Shown: positions 1-9,156, counted from the first letter of the stretch. The stretch: DNA of 64,000 bases from an uncultured Microbacteriaceae bacterium (GCA_964540305.1 CAZILZ010000002.1:28330-92329); one strand, 5' to 3'. The notes: generated by a model from the sequence alone, not told the origin. Numbers and translations: made by a program.

Positions 1-758
1 TCCTGACCTCGCCCGGTCAGCCGCTCCGTGTCGCCGTCTACTCGCGGTTGTCGCAGGGCATCCGATCCGGGGTGCTCGAGGCCGGAAGCATTCTGCCGCG
101 TGAGACGGAGCTCGCCGTCATGCTCGGCGTCAGCCGTACGGTCGTGCGCGAGGCGCTCATGCTGCTCGAGGAAGACGGGCACATCGTGACCCGCCGCGGC
201 ATCGGCCGATTCATCGCCGACACCCTGCCCGCACCCGGGCTCGAACGGCTTCAGTCGGTCGAGAGCCTGCTCGGGTCGACGGGGGTCGATGTCACCGTGA
301 TCGCGTTCAACGCGCAGCAGCCGACCGATTTCGTGACCGATCACGTCGCCATCGATCCCGGATCGCTCTCGTGGTTCCGGGAGTCTGTGCTAGCGCGCGA
401 CGGCCGACCACTCGCTCTTGTGCAGGAGTACACCGCGGACGAACCGCAACTCGAGGCGGTGAGCCCCGCACTTGCGTCGGCCTTCGCCCGCGTGGGCCCT
501 GCGGGGCCGACAATGCTGAGCACACTGCTCGCGTCTCTCGGGTCTGACCTCGCCCCGGGGCTGTGCGTCATCACAACGAGCGTCGCCGGCCAGACTCGAG
601 CCAGCCACTTGAGCATCAAGGCGAGCGACCCGGTGCTGCTCGTGACGCAGACGGCGCTCGTCGGCGGCGTTCCGGTGATCGCCGTGAAGTCGGCGTTCAC
701 CGCCGAGGCAGGGCACCTCTCCGTCGCGCAGTCGGGGGCGAGTCGCTCAGCGGTGTGA
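1..758 (+). CDS. GntR-family (HutC/UTRA-type) transcriptional regulator, 5' end cut by window edge
   Basis: Frame is open from nt 3. Winged-HTH signature LPRETELAVMLGVSRTVVREALMLLEEDGHIVTRRGIGRFI is followed by a ~150-aa effector-binding-like domain. Confidence 0.8.
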   Translation, partial: LTSPGQPLRVAVYSRLSQGIRSGVLEAGSILPRETELAVMLGVSRTVVREALMLLEEDGHIVTRRGIGRFIADTLPAPGLERLQSVESLLGSTGVDVTVIAFNAQQPTDFVTDHVAIDPGSLSWFRESVLARDGRPLALVQEYTADEPQLEAVSPALASAFARVGPAGPTMLSTLLASLGSDLAPGLCVITTSVAGQTRASHLSIKASDPVLLVTQTALVGGVPVIAVKSAFTAEAGHLSVAQSGASRSAV

Positions 759-2030
759 CCCACCACGGGTGCCGACGCCGGTTGGCACCACGAGACGGTA
801 GGCGAACGCGAGCCCCAGCAGCACGATCGCCAGCGCTGCGCCGACTCCGAAGACTGCCGTCGCCCCCATCGACTCTGCGATGAGCCCGCTGGTCGCGGTG
901 AGCACTGCCTGACCAACGACGAGACTGCTCTGCAGCGTCACGAGCACCGTGTTCGTACGGTCGGACGGAGCGACGCTCGCGCCGAGGCTAAAGAGCGCGA
1001 CGAGTGATGCGCCCACACCGCAGCCGGCAATGAAGAGGGCGAGAGCCACGAACGCGAGCTCCTCAGTCGTGGTGAGCGCGGCGACGCCGGCGACCGCCAT
1101 CGCGGACCCCGCCAGCCACCGAAGCGACAGGCTGACACCTGCCGGCATAGCCATCAGTGCGATCGCAATCGCAATCGCACCGACGCTCATGGCGCCGTAC
1201 AGCAGCCCAGTCTGCTCGACGGCTCCGAGGTGCTGCAGCAGCGCGGTGAGCCCGGTGAGGACCGAGCCGAAGATGCCGCCCACCGCGATCATGGCCAGCA
1301 CGAGCAGGGCGAGTTCCGCTGTGACGAGGGCGCGCACCGGTGTGCGTGATCCCGCAGGTCGATCGTCGGGGTCGGCGCGCATGAGGGTTGCGGTCGGATG
1401 CACTGCGAACGTGATCACGACCGTCAGGGTCACGACGGCTGACAGGGCGAGGGGTGCCCAGGGTGCGATGCCCGCGCTCAATGCGCCGACCAGCACCGGT
1501 CCGAGCACGAACGAGGCCTCGTCAGCCATCGACTCATAACTCATCACCACCGACTGCGCGCGTGCGCTCTCGGTGCGGGGGATCGACGAAACGGCTCCGA
1601 CGAGTCGCGTGCGTGAGAACGGAGCGACCTGCGGCGTCGTCGCCCCCAGTACCGCCGCGCTCGCGATTAATGCGGCCGCGGGCAGGTCGAGCCGCACGAG
1701 CACGAGGAAGCCCGCCGCCGCCAGCGCGCTCGACACGGCGAGTACGAGCAGCACCCGACGTTGACCGAATCGGTCGGCGAACGATCCGGACAGGGGGCCC
1801 AGCGACGCCGTGCCGAGACCGGCGGAGGCCGCGAGCACGCCGGCGAGTGCGAGCGACTCCTGCTCGATGGCAGTGACCGTGAGTACGCCGACGATCATCA
1901 TCGCGAAGGGAAGCCTGCCGACGAAGGCAAGGGGGAAGTAGGGGGCTCCGACGGTGCGAGCGAGCATCCGGAACAGCCGGGGGGTCGTCGTGGGAGTGGT
2001 CATCATGAGGCTCCGGTCGAAGGGGGGCAA
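747..2030 (-). CDS. MFS transporter
   Basis: 427-aa ORF that is hydrophobic throughout (~12 helices). MFS motif A-like loop GSFADRFGQRR. Start could instead be the internal Met at 2003. Confidence 0.75.
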   Translation of the reverse strand: MPPFDRSLMMTTPTTTPRLFRMLARTVGAPYFPLAFVGRLPFAMMIVGVLTVTAIEQESLALAGVLAASAGLGTASLGPLSGSFADRFGQRRVLLVLAVSSALAAAGFLVLVRLDLPAAALIASAAVLGATTPQVAPFSRTRLVGAVSSIPRTESARAQSVVMSYESMADEASFVLGPVLVGALSAGIAPWAPLALSAVVTLTVVITFAVHPTATLMRADPDDRPAGSRTPVRALVTAELALLVLAMIAVGGIFGSVLTGLTALLQHLGAVEQTGLLYGAMSVGAIAIAIALMAMPAGVSLSLRWLAGSAMAVAGVAALTTTEELAFVALALFIAGCGVGASLVALFSLGASVAPSDRTNTVLVTLQSSLVVGQAVLTATSGLIAESMGATAVFGVGAALAIVLLGLAFAYRLVVPTGVGTRGGSHR

Positions 2031-2059
2031 GGATGCCGCGGGCGTCGGTGAACGACGAA

Positions 2060-2092
2060 GCGCGCCCGGCCGTGGAGGACGACCGGGCGCGC
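2060..2092 (-). terminator. Hairpin downstream of the BMP lipoprotein gene
   Basis: Perfect 10-bp GC stem GCGCGCCCGG/CCGGGCGCGC with a 13-nt loop. On the minus strand it is followed by TTCGTCGTT. Confidence 0.5.
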
Positions 2093-2107
2093 TCGAGTAG
2101 TCCGTCG

Positions 2108-3199
2108 TTAGGGAGACGACGGGGAGTCGACAACGAACTCCCCAGAGATGATCGCGGCCTTCAGTTCCTCAACCTCGGCTATGAGCGCGGGGTCGAGCTT
2201 CGACTCCCAGTCGTGGAAGGGTGCGATCCCCACGCCGCCGTTGTCGAGTGTGCCGACGTACGGGTCGGAGGAGAAGCCGCCCTCGAACGATGCCATCGTG
2301 ACCTCGCGCGACGCCGTCGTGAGGTTCTTCATGACCGAGGTCAGGATGTAGGCGCTGTAGTCGGGTGCGGTGATCACGGTGTCGGAGTTCACGCCGATGA
2401 TGGCCGCGTCGGTGCCCTTCTCCTGCACTGCCTCGATGGAGGCGATGAAGAGCGTCCCGGCGACCGGCATCACGATGTCGGCACCCTGGTCGAGCAGTCC
2501 GAGCGTGATGTTCTTCGCCTGCAGCTGGTCGTCGAAGCTGCCGACGAACAGTCCGTTCTGCGCCTCGCGATCCCAGCCGAGCAGGCGCACGTCGGTGCCG
2601 TGCACCTCGTTGTAGTGCTCGATGCCGATCTGGAATCCGTCCATGAACACCGTCACCGAGGGGAAGGGCATCCCGCCGTAGGTGCCGACCACGCCGGTTG
2701 TCGAGGCGCCAGCCGCGACGTAACCGGCGAGCGCGGCTGCCTGGGCGGTGTCGAACAGCACGGGCTTCACGTTCGGCAGTTCGAGCGGGCTGAAGTCGTC
2801 GTTCGTCACTGTGCTGTCGATGAGCGCGAAGTTCACGTCTTCGTTCAGGAGGGCGCTGTCTCTCGTCGCATTCGCGAGGGCGAATCCGACCGTGACGATG
2901 AGATCGCAGCCCTCGTCGACGAGCGTGCCGATGTTGCCGGTGTACTGGTCCTCTGACGACGACTCGGCGCCGCGGGCCTCGACGCCGATTTCGGCCGCCG
3001 CCTCCTCGACTCCGGCGAAGGTCAGCTCGTTGAAGTCGTTGTCGTCGAAGCCCGTGAGGTCGGAGACCGCGCACGGCAGGAAGTCGGGCGCGCCGGCGTC
3101 GTCCGTCGCACCCGGTTCAGGAGCGGCGGCGCAAGCGCTGAGTGCGAGGGCGATGAGCGTGGTGCTGCCGATGAGGGCGAGCGGTGTGCGTCGGAACAT
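2108..3199 (-). CDS. BMP-family (Med/PnrA-like) ABC-transporter substrate-binding lipoprotein, likely nucleoside-binding
   Basis: Signal peptide with lipobox (LALSAC). The 363-aa sequence has BMP-family character, and nucleoside catabolic genes are adjacent. Confidence 0.75.
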   Translation of the reverse strand: MFRRTPLALIGSTTLIALALSACAAAPEPGATDDAGAPDFLPCAVSDLTGFDDNDFNELTFAGVEEAAAEIGVEARGAESSSEDQYTGNIGTLVDEGCDLIVTVGFALANATRDSALLNEDVNFALIDSTVTNDDFSPLELPNVKPVLFDTAQAAALAGYVAAGASTTGVVGTYGGMPFPSVTVFMDGFQIGIEHYNEVHGTDVRLLGWDREAQNGLFVGSFDDQLQAKNITLGLLDQGADIVMPVAGTLFIASIEAVQEKGTDAAIIGVNSDTVITAPDYSAYILTSVMKNLTTASREVTMASFEGGFSSDPYVGTLDNGGVGIAPFHDWESKLDPALIAEVEELKAAIISGEFVVDSPSSP

Positions 3200-3269
3200 G
3201 GAGTGGTGCCTCCTCTGGTGCAGGCGTCGTTGGTGCGGAGAGGGACGGCGGTCACGAGACCGCTTTGTT

Positions 3270-3290
3270 GTATGAAGTTATACCTCATAC
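3270..3290. promoter_or_regulatory. 21-nt near-palindrome GTATGAAGTTATACCTCATAC, candidate operator upstream of the BMP gene
   Basis: 8 of 10 arm pairs are complementary around a central base. It lies 71-91 nt upstream of the BMP start codon, is AT-rich in a GC-rich genome, and has a sister site at 5089-5109. Confidence 0.45.
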
Positions 3291-3309
3291 CTTGCTGAGC
3301 GACAAGCGC

Positions 3310-4284
3310 TCAGGAGAGCATCGATCGCAGGCGTTCTCGATCGGCGGGCTCGAGGAACGCGGCGGCCACGCTGACGCGGTCGAGCTCTGCCAGGTCGTCG
3401 TCGTGCCAGTCGAATGCCTGCTGCAGCACCGTGCGCTCCGCCGCGAGGTCGGAGCCCGTCTGCATCGGATTGTCGTCGCCGAGCACGAGGGGCACTCCCG
3501 CGGAGCGGAAGGCTGCCTCCGGGTGCTGGTCGAGTCGCGCGATGGCGCCCGTGAACACGTTCGATGTCGGGCAGATCTCGACGACGACGCCGTGGTCGGC
3601 GCACCACGCGAGCACCTCCGGATCGTCCACGATGTGCGCGCCATGCCCGATACGCGACGCTCCGAGCAGTTCAACGGCCTGCCGGGCCGCCGAGGCGGGT
3701 CCCGCCTCCGCGGCATGGCAGGTGATGCCGAGCCCCGCAGCGCGAGCGATCGCGAAGGCACCCGCGTGAGGCTCCAGCGCGGGGTAGAGCAACTCGTCGC
3801 CAGCGAGATCGAAGCCCACGACCCCTGATCCTGCGGCGCGAGCCGCCGCATGGGCGACGAGTTCGTTCGTCTCAGCGTCGTGGTGGCGCAGCGCGGCCAG
3901 CACGATCCCCGCGCTGATGCCGGTGGTCGCCGTTCCGTCTCTCAGGCCCTCACACGCCGCACCCACGATCTCGTCGATGCCGCTCGCGTCGGTGGCGTGG
4001 GTCGCTGGCCCGAACCGCAATTCGAGGTGCGACTGACCGCCCGCGGCCGCGTCGACTACGGCTTCGCGAGCGATCCGGCGCACCGACTCGGCCGACCGGA
4101 AGAACGGGTAGGTCGCCGCGACACGCACGAGGTACTGCGTGAGGGTGCCGGGGGCCTCCAGGGCGATCGCCCTGGCCCACCCCTCGAGCGGGTCATCCAG
4201 CCCGAGCACAGGCGCGAGTTCCGCGGCCGTGCTCGGGCGAACGCGCCCTTCGAGGTGGCTGTGCAGATTAACGAGAACGCTCAT
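3310..4284 (-). CDS. add: Adenosine deaminase
   Basis: N-terminus MSVLVNLHSHLEGR (HxH metal motif), then CHAAE, HG and GDDNP motifs. The ATG at 4284 overlaps the TGA of the upstream gene (ATGA). The track ORF extension to 4815 overlaps the phosphorylase gene and was rejected. Confidence 0.85.
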   Translation of the reverse strand: MSVLVNLHSHLEGRVRPSTAAELAPVLGLDDPLEGWARAIALEAPGTLTQYLVRVAATYPFFRSAESVRRIAREAVVDAAAGGQSHLELRFGPATHATDASGIDEIVGAACEGLRDGTATTGISAGIVLAALRHHDAETNELVAHAAARAAGSGVVGFDLAGDELLYPALEPHAGAFAIARAAGLGITCHAAEAGPASAARQAVELLGASRIGHGAHIVDDPEVLAWCADHGVVVEICPTSNVFTGAIARLDQHPEAAFRSAGVPLVLGDDNPMQTGSDLAAERTVLQQAFDWHDDDLAELDRVSVAAAFLEPADRERLRSMLS

Positions 4285-5054
4285 AGCTCGAGGCGAACGG
4301 CGGTCTCGAGCGCGGCCTCGATGCTGCGCATCCATCCCTCTTTCAGGGCTTCCTTGACGCCCGAGTAGAGGCTTGTGCCGTCGATGAGGTTGCTGGAGGT
4401 CGAGCAGATCATGCCAGCGCGCACACCCCGAAGGCGCGCGACGACGTAGAGCGCAGCGCTCTCCATCTCGACGTTCAGCACTCCGAGACGGTTCAGCTCG
4501 GCGATCCACTCGGGGGTCTCGGCGTAGAACGCGTCGTCGCTGGCATTGATGCCGCTGTGCACCGCCGCGTCGGTGCCGCTCGTCAGCTCGCGAGCGATCT
4601 CTGCGAGAGTCAGCGCGATCTGCAGGTCGGGCACAGCCGGGAATCCGTGGTGGGCGTAGGCCGCGGTCGTGCCGTCGTTGCGCAGCGCGCCTTCGCTGAT
4701 CAGCAGGTCGCCCGGCTTGACCCCGGGCTGGAGCCCTGCAGATGAGCCGACGCGGATGAACGACGTCACGCCGACCCGGATGAGCTCTTCGACCGCGATG
4801 GCGGTGGACGGGCATCCCATGCCGGTCGAGGTCGCGGTGATGTGGCGGCCCTTGTACCAGCCCGTCATCGTCATGTGCTCGCGATTGTGCGCCACTGTCT
4901 TCACGTCAGTGAGGAACTCGGCGACGAGCGGAACTCGGAATGGATCGCCGGGCAGAAGGGCGATGCTCGACACTTCTCCCGGTGCGACGGCGATGTGGTA
5001 CTGGCGCTCGCCGACGCCCACGGTGTCCTTGTCGACAACGGCAGACTCTGACAT
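4281..5054 (-). CDS. Nucleoside phosphorylase, PNP/UDP family 1 (uridine/purine nucleoside phosphorylase-like)
   Basis: Motifs STGMGCPSTAIAVEEL and EMESAAL. 257 aa, translationally coupled to add. Confidence 0.8.
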   Translation of the reverse strand: MSESAVVDKDTVGVGERQYHIAVAPGEVSSIALLPGDPFRVPLVAEFLTDVKTVAHNREHMTMTGWYKGRHITATSTGMGCPSTAIAVEELIRVGVTSFIRVGSSAGLQPGVKPGDLLISEGALRNDGTTAAYAHHGFPAVPDLQIALTLAEIARELTSGTDAAVHSGINASDDAFYAETPEWIAELNRLGVLNVEMESAALYVVARLRGVRAGMICSTSSNLIDGTSLYSGVKEALKEGWMRSIEAALETAVRLEL

Positions 5055-5088
5055 GGGGAACTCCTGACTGGGCGCCTCGATGCGCCAA

Positions 5089-5109
5089 GTAGGAGGTTAT
5101 ACCTCTTAC
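5089..5109. promoter_or_regulatory. 21-nt near-palindrome GTAGGAGGTTATACCTCTTAC, candidate operator upstream of the nucleoside phosphorylase-add operon
   Basis: 8 of 10 arm pairs are complementary. It shares the core GTTATACCTC with the 3270-3290 site and lies 35-55 nt upstream of the phosphorylase ATG. Confidence 0.45.
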
Positions 5110-6296
5110 CTCAGAAGGGTCAAACGCTCGACGATCTGCTCGACGATCGGCCGCGGTGTCGCGAGGATCATGCGCACGTGTCCGGCGCCGACGGCACCGC
5201 ACGCCCGACCGTCGGTGACCGACACCTTCGCGCGCTTCTGCAGCGTCACCGCCGGCTCGTCGCCGAGCCCGAGCCGTGAGACGTCGAGCCACGCGATGTA
5301 GGTGCCCTCGGGCGGTGTGTACCCGACCTCGGGCAGGCGGTCGGAGAGCAGCTCGGCGAGCAGCCGTCGGTTCGCGTCGTAGTAGGCGACGGTCGCGTCG
5401 AGCCAGTCGCGGCCCTCGCGGTAGGCGACGGTGTTCGCGATGACCCCGAGGATGCTCGCTCCGTGACTCGCGATCGGTCCGAGCCCGGCCCACACCTCGA
5501 CGTCGGCGTCGTTCGTGAGGATCACCTGGGCGGCCTTCAGACCGGGCAGGTTCCAGGCCTTCGAGGCGCTCGTGACCGTGATGCTGTGAGCGGATGCCGC
5601 GGGGCTGACGCTCGCGTACGGAACATGCCGCGCATCCCCGAACACGATCGGCGCATGCACCTCGTCGGCGAACACCCTCGCGCCGTGCCGCTCGACGACC
5701 TCGGAGAGTGCCAGCAGCTCGTCGCGCTCGAACACGCGCCCACCGGGGTTGAGCGGGTTGCACAGCACGACGAGCCCGGCTCCCGCGACGAGCTCGCGCT
5801 CGATCGCCTCGAGGTCGAGCACGGCGCGGCCGCCGCTCGCCGCCATCGGCACCTCGATCGCGGTGCGCCCGTGCGTGGCCGGCACGGTGAGGAAGGGCAT
5901 GTATGCCGGTGTCGGCACGATCACCGTCGAACCCGGCCGCGAGAAGTGCTCCATCGCGACGACGAAGCCTGCGATGACGTCGGGCAGGGCCTGCACGCGG
6001 GCGGCATCGACGTGCCACTCGTAGCGGTCGCGCATCCACTCGGCGGTCGCCCGCCCCATCTCGGCGGCGACCGAGCGGGGCAGGTAGCCCAGGCGCCCCG
6101 CGTCGACGGCGTCGTGCAGGGCGCGAGTGATCGCGGGAGCCGTGCCGAGATCGCTCTCGGCGACCCACGCGCCGATCGTGCCGGGGAAGAGGCTCCACTT
6201 CATGCTGCCCGCGGCATGCAGCTGCTCAGGGGTGATCGCGTCCCACTGCGCGAAGAGCGCCGCGCGGTCGGCAGGGTGCTCAGGCAAGAGCGCCAT
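5106..6296 (-). CDS. PLP-dependent aminotransferase class I/II, MalY/PatB-type C-S lyase
   Basis: 396 aa. The N-terminal region (...GSMKWSLFPGTIGAWVAESDLGTAPAI...) is typical of MalY/PatB cystathionine beta-lyases, and SASKAWNLPGLK holds the PLP lysine. The start overlaps the pgm stop by 17 nt. Confidence 0.75.
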   Translation of the reverse strand: MALLPEHPADRAALFAQWDAITPEQLHAAGSMKWSLFPGTIGAWVAESDLGTAPAITRALHDAVDAGRLGYLPRSVAAEMGRATAEWMRDRYEWHVDAARVQALPDVIAGFVVAMEHFSRPGSTVIVPTPAYMPFLTVPATHGRTAIEVPMAASGGRAVLDLEAIERELVAGAGLVVLCNPLNPGGRVFERDELLALSEVVERHGARVFADEVHAPIVFGDARHVPYASVSPAASAHSITVTSASKAWNLPGLKAAQVILTNDADVEVWAGLGPIASHGASILGVIANTVAYREGRDWLDATVAYYDANRRLLAELLSDRLPEVGYTPPEGTYIAWLDVSRLGLGDEPAVTLQKRAKVSVTDGRACGAVGAGHVRMILATPRPIVEQIVERLTLLR

Positions 6297-7902
6297 CCAC
6301 GATCGCCTTCGCCTCGCGCTGCACGAGCCGCAGGTGGTCGTCGCCCGCGAACGACTCGGCGTAGATCTTGTAGACGTTCTCGGTGCCGCTCGGCCGGGCC
6401 GCGAACCAGGCCCGGTCGGTGACGACCTTCACGCCACCGATACCCGCGCCGTTGCCGGGCGCGGCGCTGAGCCGCGCGGTGATCGGGTCGCCCGCGAGCT
6501 CGGTGGCCGTGATGGCGGCGCCGTCGAGCTTGCTCAACGCAGCCTTCTGCGCGGGGCTTGCGGGAGCATCCACCCGTTCGTAGACGGGCGTGCCGTACCG
6601 CTCGGTGAGACCGGTGTAGAGCCGCGAGGGCGTCGACCCGGTGACGGCGGTGATCTCAGCGGCGAGCAGGGCGAGCAGGATCCCGTCTTTGTCGGTCGTC
6701 CACGCACTGCCGTCGCGGCGCACGAAGCTCGCGCCCGCGCTCTCCTCGCCGCCGAACGCGACCGAGCCGTCGATGAGGCCCGGCACGAACCACTTGAAGC
6801 CGACGGGCACCTCCCACAGCCGCCGACCGAGCCCTGCCGCGACGTGGTCGATCATCGTCGACGAGACGAGCGTCTTGCCGATCGCGGCGTCGGGGCGCCA
6901 GCCGGGGCGGTGCGTGTAGAGGTACTCGATCGCGACCGCGAGGTAGTGGTTGGGGTTCATGAGCCCGCCGTCGGGCGTCACGATGCCGTGGCGGTCGGCG
7001 TCGGCGTCGTTGCCCGTCAGCAGGTCGAAGTCGTGACGGCGCGCGACGACGCTCGCCATCGCGCTCGGGCTCGACGGATCCATGCGGATCTTCTCGTCCC
7101 AGTCGAGCGTCATGAAGCCCCACTGCGGGTCGACGTTCGGGTTGACGACCGTCAGATCGAGGCCGTAGTGCTCGGCGATGAGCGCCCAGTAGTTCACGCT
7201 CGCGCCGCCGAGCGGGTCGGCGCCGATGCGCAGGCCGCTGGCGCGCACCGCCTCGAGGTCGAGGATGCTCGCGAGGTCGGCCACGTAGTGCAGCCGGTAG
7301 TCGTAGGGCTCGGTGAGCAGCGCCGCCTGGCGCTTCACCCCGCGGTTGCCGTCGGCGATGAGCGCGTTGGCGCGATCGGCGATCCAGTTCGTGGCGTCGC
7401 TGTCGGCCGGCCCGCCGTGCGGCGGGTTGTACTTGAAGCCGCCGTCGCGCGGGGGGTTGTGGCTCGGCGTGATGACGATGCCGTCGCTCTTCGCAGGGGC
7501 GTCGCGGTTGTAGCGGATGATCGCGTGGCTCAGCGCGGGCGTCGGCACGTAGTCGTCGTGCGCATCGATGAGCGCCGTCACGCCGTTCGCCGCGAGCACC
7601 TCGAGCGCGGTCTGCATCGCGGGCGCGCTGAGCGCGTGCGTGTCGGCGCCGACGAAGACCGGCCCGGTCGTGCCCTGACTCGCGCGGTACTCGACGATCG
7701 CCTGCGTGATCGCCGCGATGTGGGTGTCGGTGAAAGCACCGTCGAGGCTCGAGCCGCGGTGGCCGCTCGTGCCGAACACGACGCGCTGCGCCGGGTCGTC
7801 GAGGTCGGGCACGCGATCGACGTACGCGCCGAGCAGCGCGGAGAGGTCGACGAGGTCGGCGGGCTGGGCGGGGGTTGCGGCGCGGCTCATGCGCCCATCC
7901 AA
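6280..7902 (-). CDS. pgm: Phosphoglucomutase, alpha-D-glucose phosphate-specific
   Basis: GTSGHRG and the phosphoserine loop ITPSHNPPRDGGFKYN. 540 aa. Alternative start at 7890. Confidence 0.9.
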   Translation of the reverse strand: MDGRMSRAATPAQPADLVDLSALLGAYVDRVPDLDDPAQRVVFGTSGHRGSSLDGAFTDTHIAAITQAIVEYRASQGTTGPVFVGADTHALSAPAMQTALEVLAANGVTALIDAHDDYVPTPALSHAIIRYNRDAPAKSDGIVITPSHNPPRDGGFKYNPPHGGPADSDATNWIADRANALIADGNRGVKRQAALLTEPYDYRLHYVADLASILDLEAVRASGLRIGADPLGGASVNYWALIAEHYGLDLTVVNPNVDPQWGFMTLDWDEKIRMDPSSPSAMASVVARRHDFDLLTGNDADADRHGIVTPDGGLMNPNHYLAVAIEYLYTHRPGWRPDAAIGKTLVSSTMIDHVAAGLGRRLWEVPVGFKWFVPGLIDGSVAFGGEESAGASFVRRDGSAWTTDKDGILLALLAAEITAVTGSTPSRLYTGLTERYGTPVYERVDAPASPAQKAALSKLDGAAITATELAGDPITARLSAAPGNGAGIGGVKVVTDRAWFAARPSGTENVYKIYAESFAGDDHLRLVQREAKAIVDGALA

Positions 7903-7955
7903 CCACCGGCGGCCGTCGAGGGGGTGGGCGGATGCGCGGCAATAGACTGCCCACC

Positions 7956-8912
7956 ATGACGACCCAGCCCGCCCCGACCCCGGTGTACAGCTACCTGGGC
8001 CCGGCCGGTACCTTCACCTGGCACGCGCTCGGCCAGGTGCCCGAGGCCGCCGGGGCCGAGTGGCGCAGCGTCAGCAACGTCGGCGAGGCCCTCGACGATG
8101 TCGTCTCCGGCCGCAGCGTGGGCGCCATGATCGCGGTCGAGAACTCGATCGAGGGCGGGGTCAGTGCGACCCAGGATGCGCTCGCGACGATCCCGGGGCT
8201 GCGCATCATCGGCGAGTACCTGGTGCCCGTGAACTTCGTGCTCGTCGCCCGGCCCGGGGTGACCCTCGACGACGTGCGGGTCGTCGCCGGGCATCCCGTC
8301 GCCTACGCGCAGTGCCGGCGCTGGCTCGAAAGCGCGCTGCCCACCCACGGGCACATCCCTTCGGCGTCGAACGTCGCCGCGCCGCAGGGCCTGCTCGAGC
8401 CGGGCTCGCCCGCCCAGGCCGCCATCGCGCCACCGGGCATCACCGAGCTGCTCGACCTCGTCGAGCTCGCGAGCGGCATCGGCGACAACGCGAACGCCGT
8501 GACGCGCTTCGTGCTCGTGAGCCGCAGTCGCGAGCTGCCCCCACGCACGGGCGCCGACAAGACGAGCGTCATCGCCGAGCTGCCCGACGACGCCCCCGGC
8601 CGCCTGCTCGAGATGCTCGAGCAGTTCGCGACGCGCGGCGTCAACATGAGCCTCATCGAGTCGCGCCCCATCGGCGACGCCCTCGGCCGCTATCGCTTCG
8701 TCATCGACCTCGACGGGCACGTGCACGACGAGCGCGTCGCCGACGCGCTGCTCGGCCTGCGCCGCTTCAGCCCCAGCGTCATCTTCCTCGGCTCGTACCC
8801 CCGGGCGGATGCGCGGCAGATCGAGGTCGTCTCGCAGTACGGCGACGACGTCTTCACGGATGCCCGCGACTGGCTGCGCGCCATCCTCAGCGGCGAGCCC
8901 GACGCGCCCTAG
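7956..8912 (+). CDS. pheA: Prephenate dehydratase
   Basis: YLGPAGTFT N-terminus, TRF motif (NAVTRFVLV) and ESRP motif (SLIESRPIG) of the ACT domain. Start trimmed to the ATG at 7956 because the upstream part of the track ORF overlaps pgm. Confidence 0.88.
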   Translation: MTTQPAPTPVYSYLGPAGTFTWHALGQVPEAAGAEWRSVSNVGEALDDVVSGRSVGAMIAVENSIEGGVSATQDALATIPGLRIIGEYLVPVNFVLVARPGVTLDDVRVVAGHPVAYAQCRRWLESALPTHGHIPSASNVAAPQGLLEPGSPAQAAIAPPGITELLDLVELASGIGDNANAVTRFVLVSRSRELPPRTGADKTSVIAELPDDAPGRLLEMLEQFATRGVNMSLIESRPIGDALGRYRFVIDLDGHVHDERVADALLGLRRFSPSVIFLGSYPRADARQIEVVSQYGDDVFTDARDWLRAILSGEPDAP

Positions 8913-8960
8913 GTCAGCGCGCTTCTTCAGCGGAGGAGTTTCGAAGTCGCTGACCCTAGG
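8908..8960. terminator. Imperfect long hairpin overlapping the pheA stop codon
   Basis: CCTAGGTCAGCG pairs with CGCTGAC(C)CTAGG: 12 bp with a 1-nt bulge and a 28-nt partly self-pairing loop. No U-tract. Confidence 0.35.
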
Positions 8961-9042
8961 CGACAGGGCGATGTCGGTAAGTGCGACTAACGTCACTGTC
9001 ACCCGAGTGCGGGTCTTGAATCCTCGTCAATAACGGGAGAGT

Positions 9043-9156
9043 ATGAGCGACATGCCCCGCCCACCCCTCGGCGCTGATCATCTTCGCCTCGCCCAACACG
9101 CAGCCGCGCCTGAGTTCTGCGCGCTCTCGATCCTCGCCTCGGTTGATCACGCGTGA
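9043..9156 (+). CDS. Possible 37-aa leader ORF of the cassette (speculative)
   Basis: ATG preceded by GGGAGAG. The stop TGA (9154-9156) overlaps the GTG start (9153-9155) of the next gene. Sequence MSDMPRPPLGADHLRLAQHAAAPEFCALSILASVDHA. Too short for coding statistics to be reliable. Confidence 0.2.
   Translation: MSDMPRPPLGADHLRLAQHAAAPEFCALSILASVDHA

Noticed and set aside
4285-4815. N-terminal 177-aa extension of the adenosine deaminase ORF in the track
   Set aside because: It overlaps the nucleoside phosphorylase gene in another frame. The Arg-rich extension has no homology-like features, and the conserved deaminase N-terminus begins at the ATG at 4284, which forms an ATGA junction.
6127-7959. 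610-aa plus-strand ORF
   Set aside because: It is entirely antisense to the well-supported pgm gene. The composition is Arg/Ala/Gly/Asp-rich, typical of spurious frames in high-GC DNA, and there are no motifs.
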